Positions 61,501 to 64,000 of a stretch of 64,000 nt of DNA are shown here, one piece after another. This DNA is from Botryllus schlosseri. Taxonomy: Eukaryota. Both the position numbers and the translations under genes were made by a program. The notes under the pieces are model-generated. The model did not search any database, had not been told where the DNA came from, and was given only the letters and a program-made list of their open reading frames with translations. The stretch is taken from contig CM119371.1 in the NCBI GenBank assembly GCA_051294905.1, positions 186,001 to 250,000 on the forward strand. The letters are read 5' to 3'. How positions within the stretch are numbered: position 1 is the first letter of the stretch; each line of letters opens with the position of its first letter.

Positions 61501-62915
61501 GACAATACCGGTACTCCGGTATTTTGCGGGTGTTTCTTGCAGTTGGCTCTTGGCTGCTGGCTGGTGAAAATTGACACTTAAGTCTGGTGGTGCGTTGACT
61601 TAGATTTGAGTGCCGATTCGAACGCATTTGAGTGTGAGTATACTTTTTGGCGTGAGTTGAGTTACGAAATCGTTGCTGAGTAGAGAATCGCTACTCAGCA
61701 GAGAAATTGGGCTCCGCCCCTAGTCATTGTGTTAAAACACGAGTCCGAGTGATCGTGTTTATTATGCAGTAAGAGTTAAATCAGGTTGAACTCTTGGGTG
61801 ATATATTGGGTCGACTCATGCGCAAAGACTCTAGTACAAGTCGCGTCAAAACAGAAATTGTTTCGAGTCGAGATTTGGAGACATCTGAGAGTATGAACAA
61901 GTCCAAGTCCATAAATCGAAGAATAAAGTGATTTTAACGGGACTTAATGCCGTACGGTGACTTCAATAGAATCAAAATGACACTAGCAACTTTCTGATTA
62001 TACTGAACTTTCAGATATCCATTTTTAAGTTGCACACAACTGCCTTGAATACATGATGGTATGATTTCTATTTTTGATGACTGGTCTAGAGTTACGTCAG
62101 CACCACGACACTGACAAGATTGAACTGAATGTTGGCTCTCAAGTATCTGGTCGTACTATACCTTCCTTGCCGAGGTTCAAATTCCTTTTGTCATTCATTT
62201 CATTCTTTTGCTTCTGTTGACCGATCATTCCGTTCGGGAAGCCCTGAAATGGCAGTCAACCGCATGGTCAAAGCCAGACTCGTACAAATTCCCAGTCTAG
62301 TTAGGGTATTTAGTAGTGCTAAATAAGGATTTCGAAAAGTGAGTAGTTCTAGCTCTGGTTGCAGATTTTATAAAGTGAGCAGTTCTAGTTGTGCATCTTA
62401 AATATAATTCAGTAGTAAAACAACCAGAAAGCAGGTGTTATTGTTCGATGTTTCGTTGTTATGTGTTATTGCATCCCTCGCTAGGTCAGAGTCATAGCTT
62501 CTGACAGTGGCGTAGCCAGGGGTTGGTTTTGTGGGTACAACCTCTCATTTCAAGCTCGAAACACTTGCCTTTAGAAATGCCGGTTCTATCTCCAATATTT
62601 CTCAGCTCATTTGCAATTCAGTAGTTTTATTTCTTTATTATTATTAGCTGTTTTAATTAGGATTGTTAAGGTCGTTGTTTATAGATTAGTTGAAGATGCG
62701 AGTTTTGCAACGTCAATACAAATTTTGCAAATCCAATAGTTTGTACTTAGTCCAGTTGCAGCACCGCAATAGTGGATCAAAATTGATCATGGACGTAAGT
62801 ACATACGTTTTCCACACCATTCAGCGCGTTGATACAAATTGTCCCATCTCAAGAGGTCTTGAATTGGATGGAAGCACATCTGTTGGACATTTCCGATGGC
62901 GGAGTTGATGGAGAT
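58589..62915 (-). pseudogene. RBM28: RBM28/NOP4 pseudogene copy 2 (RRM3-RRM4 exons); may extend further 5'
   Basis: Exon relics 62915-62807 (SNRCASIQFKTS*DG), 62243-62162 (QQKQKNEMNDKRNLNLGKEG; cf. the RNLYLAREG motif) and 58833-58589 (SRVIRDLK..FAFINFKH..NNLDLFEPIKARIVESS*EN). They are paralogous to the copy 1 exons, with the same splice sites and different lesions. Confidence 0.8.
60098..61722 (-). mobile_element. Probable PIF/Harbinger-derived non-autonomous element
   Basis: Inverted ends TAGGGTGGAGCCCAATT / AATTGGGCTCCGCCCCTA with TACTCA subterminal repeats. Minus-strand relics LLAIEFHAAGT, LLGD and RYRCILLILRHALTLSP..VCSIL resemble the Harbinger motifs ALRFYATG, LLGDSGY and RFRCL..C..LHN. 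Confidence 0.5.
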
Positions 62916-64000
62916 CTGAATACAAGATGACAAAAACGTGACAACGCGTTCAAACACACCAATACATCTAGTAGTTGTACATGTACATGTACATTAGGGT
63001 TGTCCAAAATTTGGAAAATCTCAAGAATGATGGGTATCAATGTCTCATTCTATAGATTATTGATAAAAAACAACAATGAGCCTGGAATAAGCTCACAGGA
63101 ACGTCGTTAAGATTTGTCGCAAAGCGTTCGAAAGTAGCTATACGACGAGTGGGCGTGCTAGCGATTATAGAACGGAATCAAGACTAGTAATCACGAAATC
63201 ACGGCTCTCGATTGGCTAATCAGCTATGCTTCAATGATCACGACGGCAGTGGCTTGCTGATCAGTTGTTAAAGGAGTCTACTAACGGCGGTGATTCTGTA
63301 AGCGCATTGTAGGTTGGTTGGCAGATAATGATTTAAGATTGATGCAGGACATGTTCAGTGACTAGACACATGATGATGAACAAACAGCGGCTACTTCCCA
63401 CAAACTTAAAGCATGACTGGCTTACTTACTGTGAAGGAAACCGCCGTAGCCTACATGTCTGTTTTAACCGATGGATAGCACATAACCTGCGGATAAATAT
63501 TGCAAAGGCGCTTATGCAAGTGGTGATCGAATTTCTTGTTTCAGAAGGGATGCATCATCATTGAATACAAATATAAAACTTAACAATGACACTATACTTT
63601 GTCTGATCTTATTAGGTTCCAGTCGTGGTATATTTGAAGTCTTGAATGCCCTAAGGATTGGCTGAATCAGCCGTATATGCTGGGGACTGTCAAAGTCGTC
63701 AATGATGCCGCACAAAGAGTTAAAAGGTATTAGCACAGACTATGCTATTATGCCCATTAAAAAGACAGTTTGATTGTATAGCTTAACTTAGCCTTAGAGA
63801 ATTGCAGGCATGACAGAGGTGAAACGGCGAATGATTGTGCTCTTTGAGAACTAGATATAAATCCAAGAAATACCTAGTTATGGTTACAAATACGTCAGAC
63901 TGGGCGTAAGTAAAGTATATTAGTCATCGCAAACTGGTACAGCACACCATACGTGAGATGGATGCCACACAAAATCTTATCTGCTCAGAAGATGTTATAT

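Overview
AT-rich, transposon-dense eukaryotic DNA with short GT-AG introns; it looks like an invertebrate animal genome, and a tunicate is plausible but not provable from the sequence. The main feature is an apparently intact 10.3-kb CACTA/EnSpm (CMC superfamily) DNA transposon at 16340-26616, with 31-bp CACTG TIRs and a TA TSD. It carries three genes: an intronless C2H2-zinc-finger DDE transposase (18070-20409, +), a 9-exon accessory gene that splices fully in frame (20554-25868, +, 552 aa), and an unexplained divergent ORF (17072-17896, -; coiled coil plus a possible BEN-like domain). The rest is nested hAT, Tc1/pogo and Harbinger-type non-autonomous elements, a 4.7-kb foldback built from two 3' ends of a hATm-type transposon, and a tandem segmental duplication (about 27120-41520 vs 41537-48385). 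At least two decayed, intron-containing copies of the nucleolar RRM gene RBM28/NOP4 lie on the minus strand, plus a third tail fragment. I found no intact host gene, rRNA, tRNA or CRISPR array. All family assignments come from motif recognition by eye, not from database searches.
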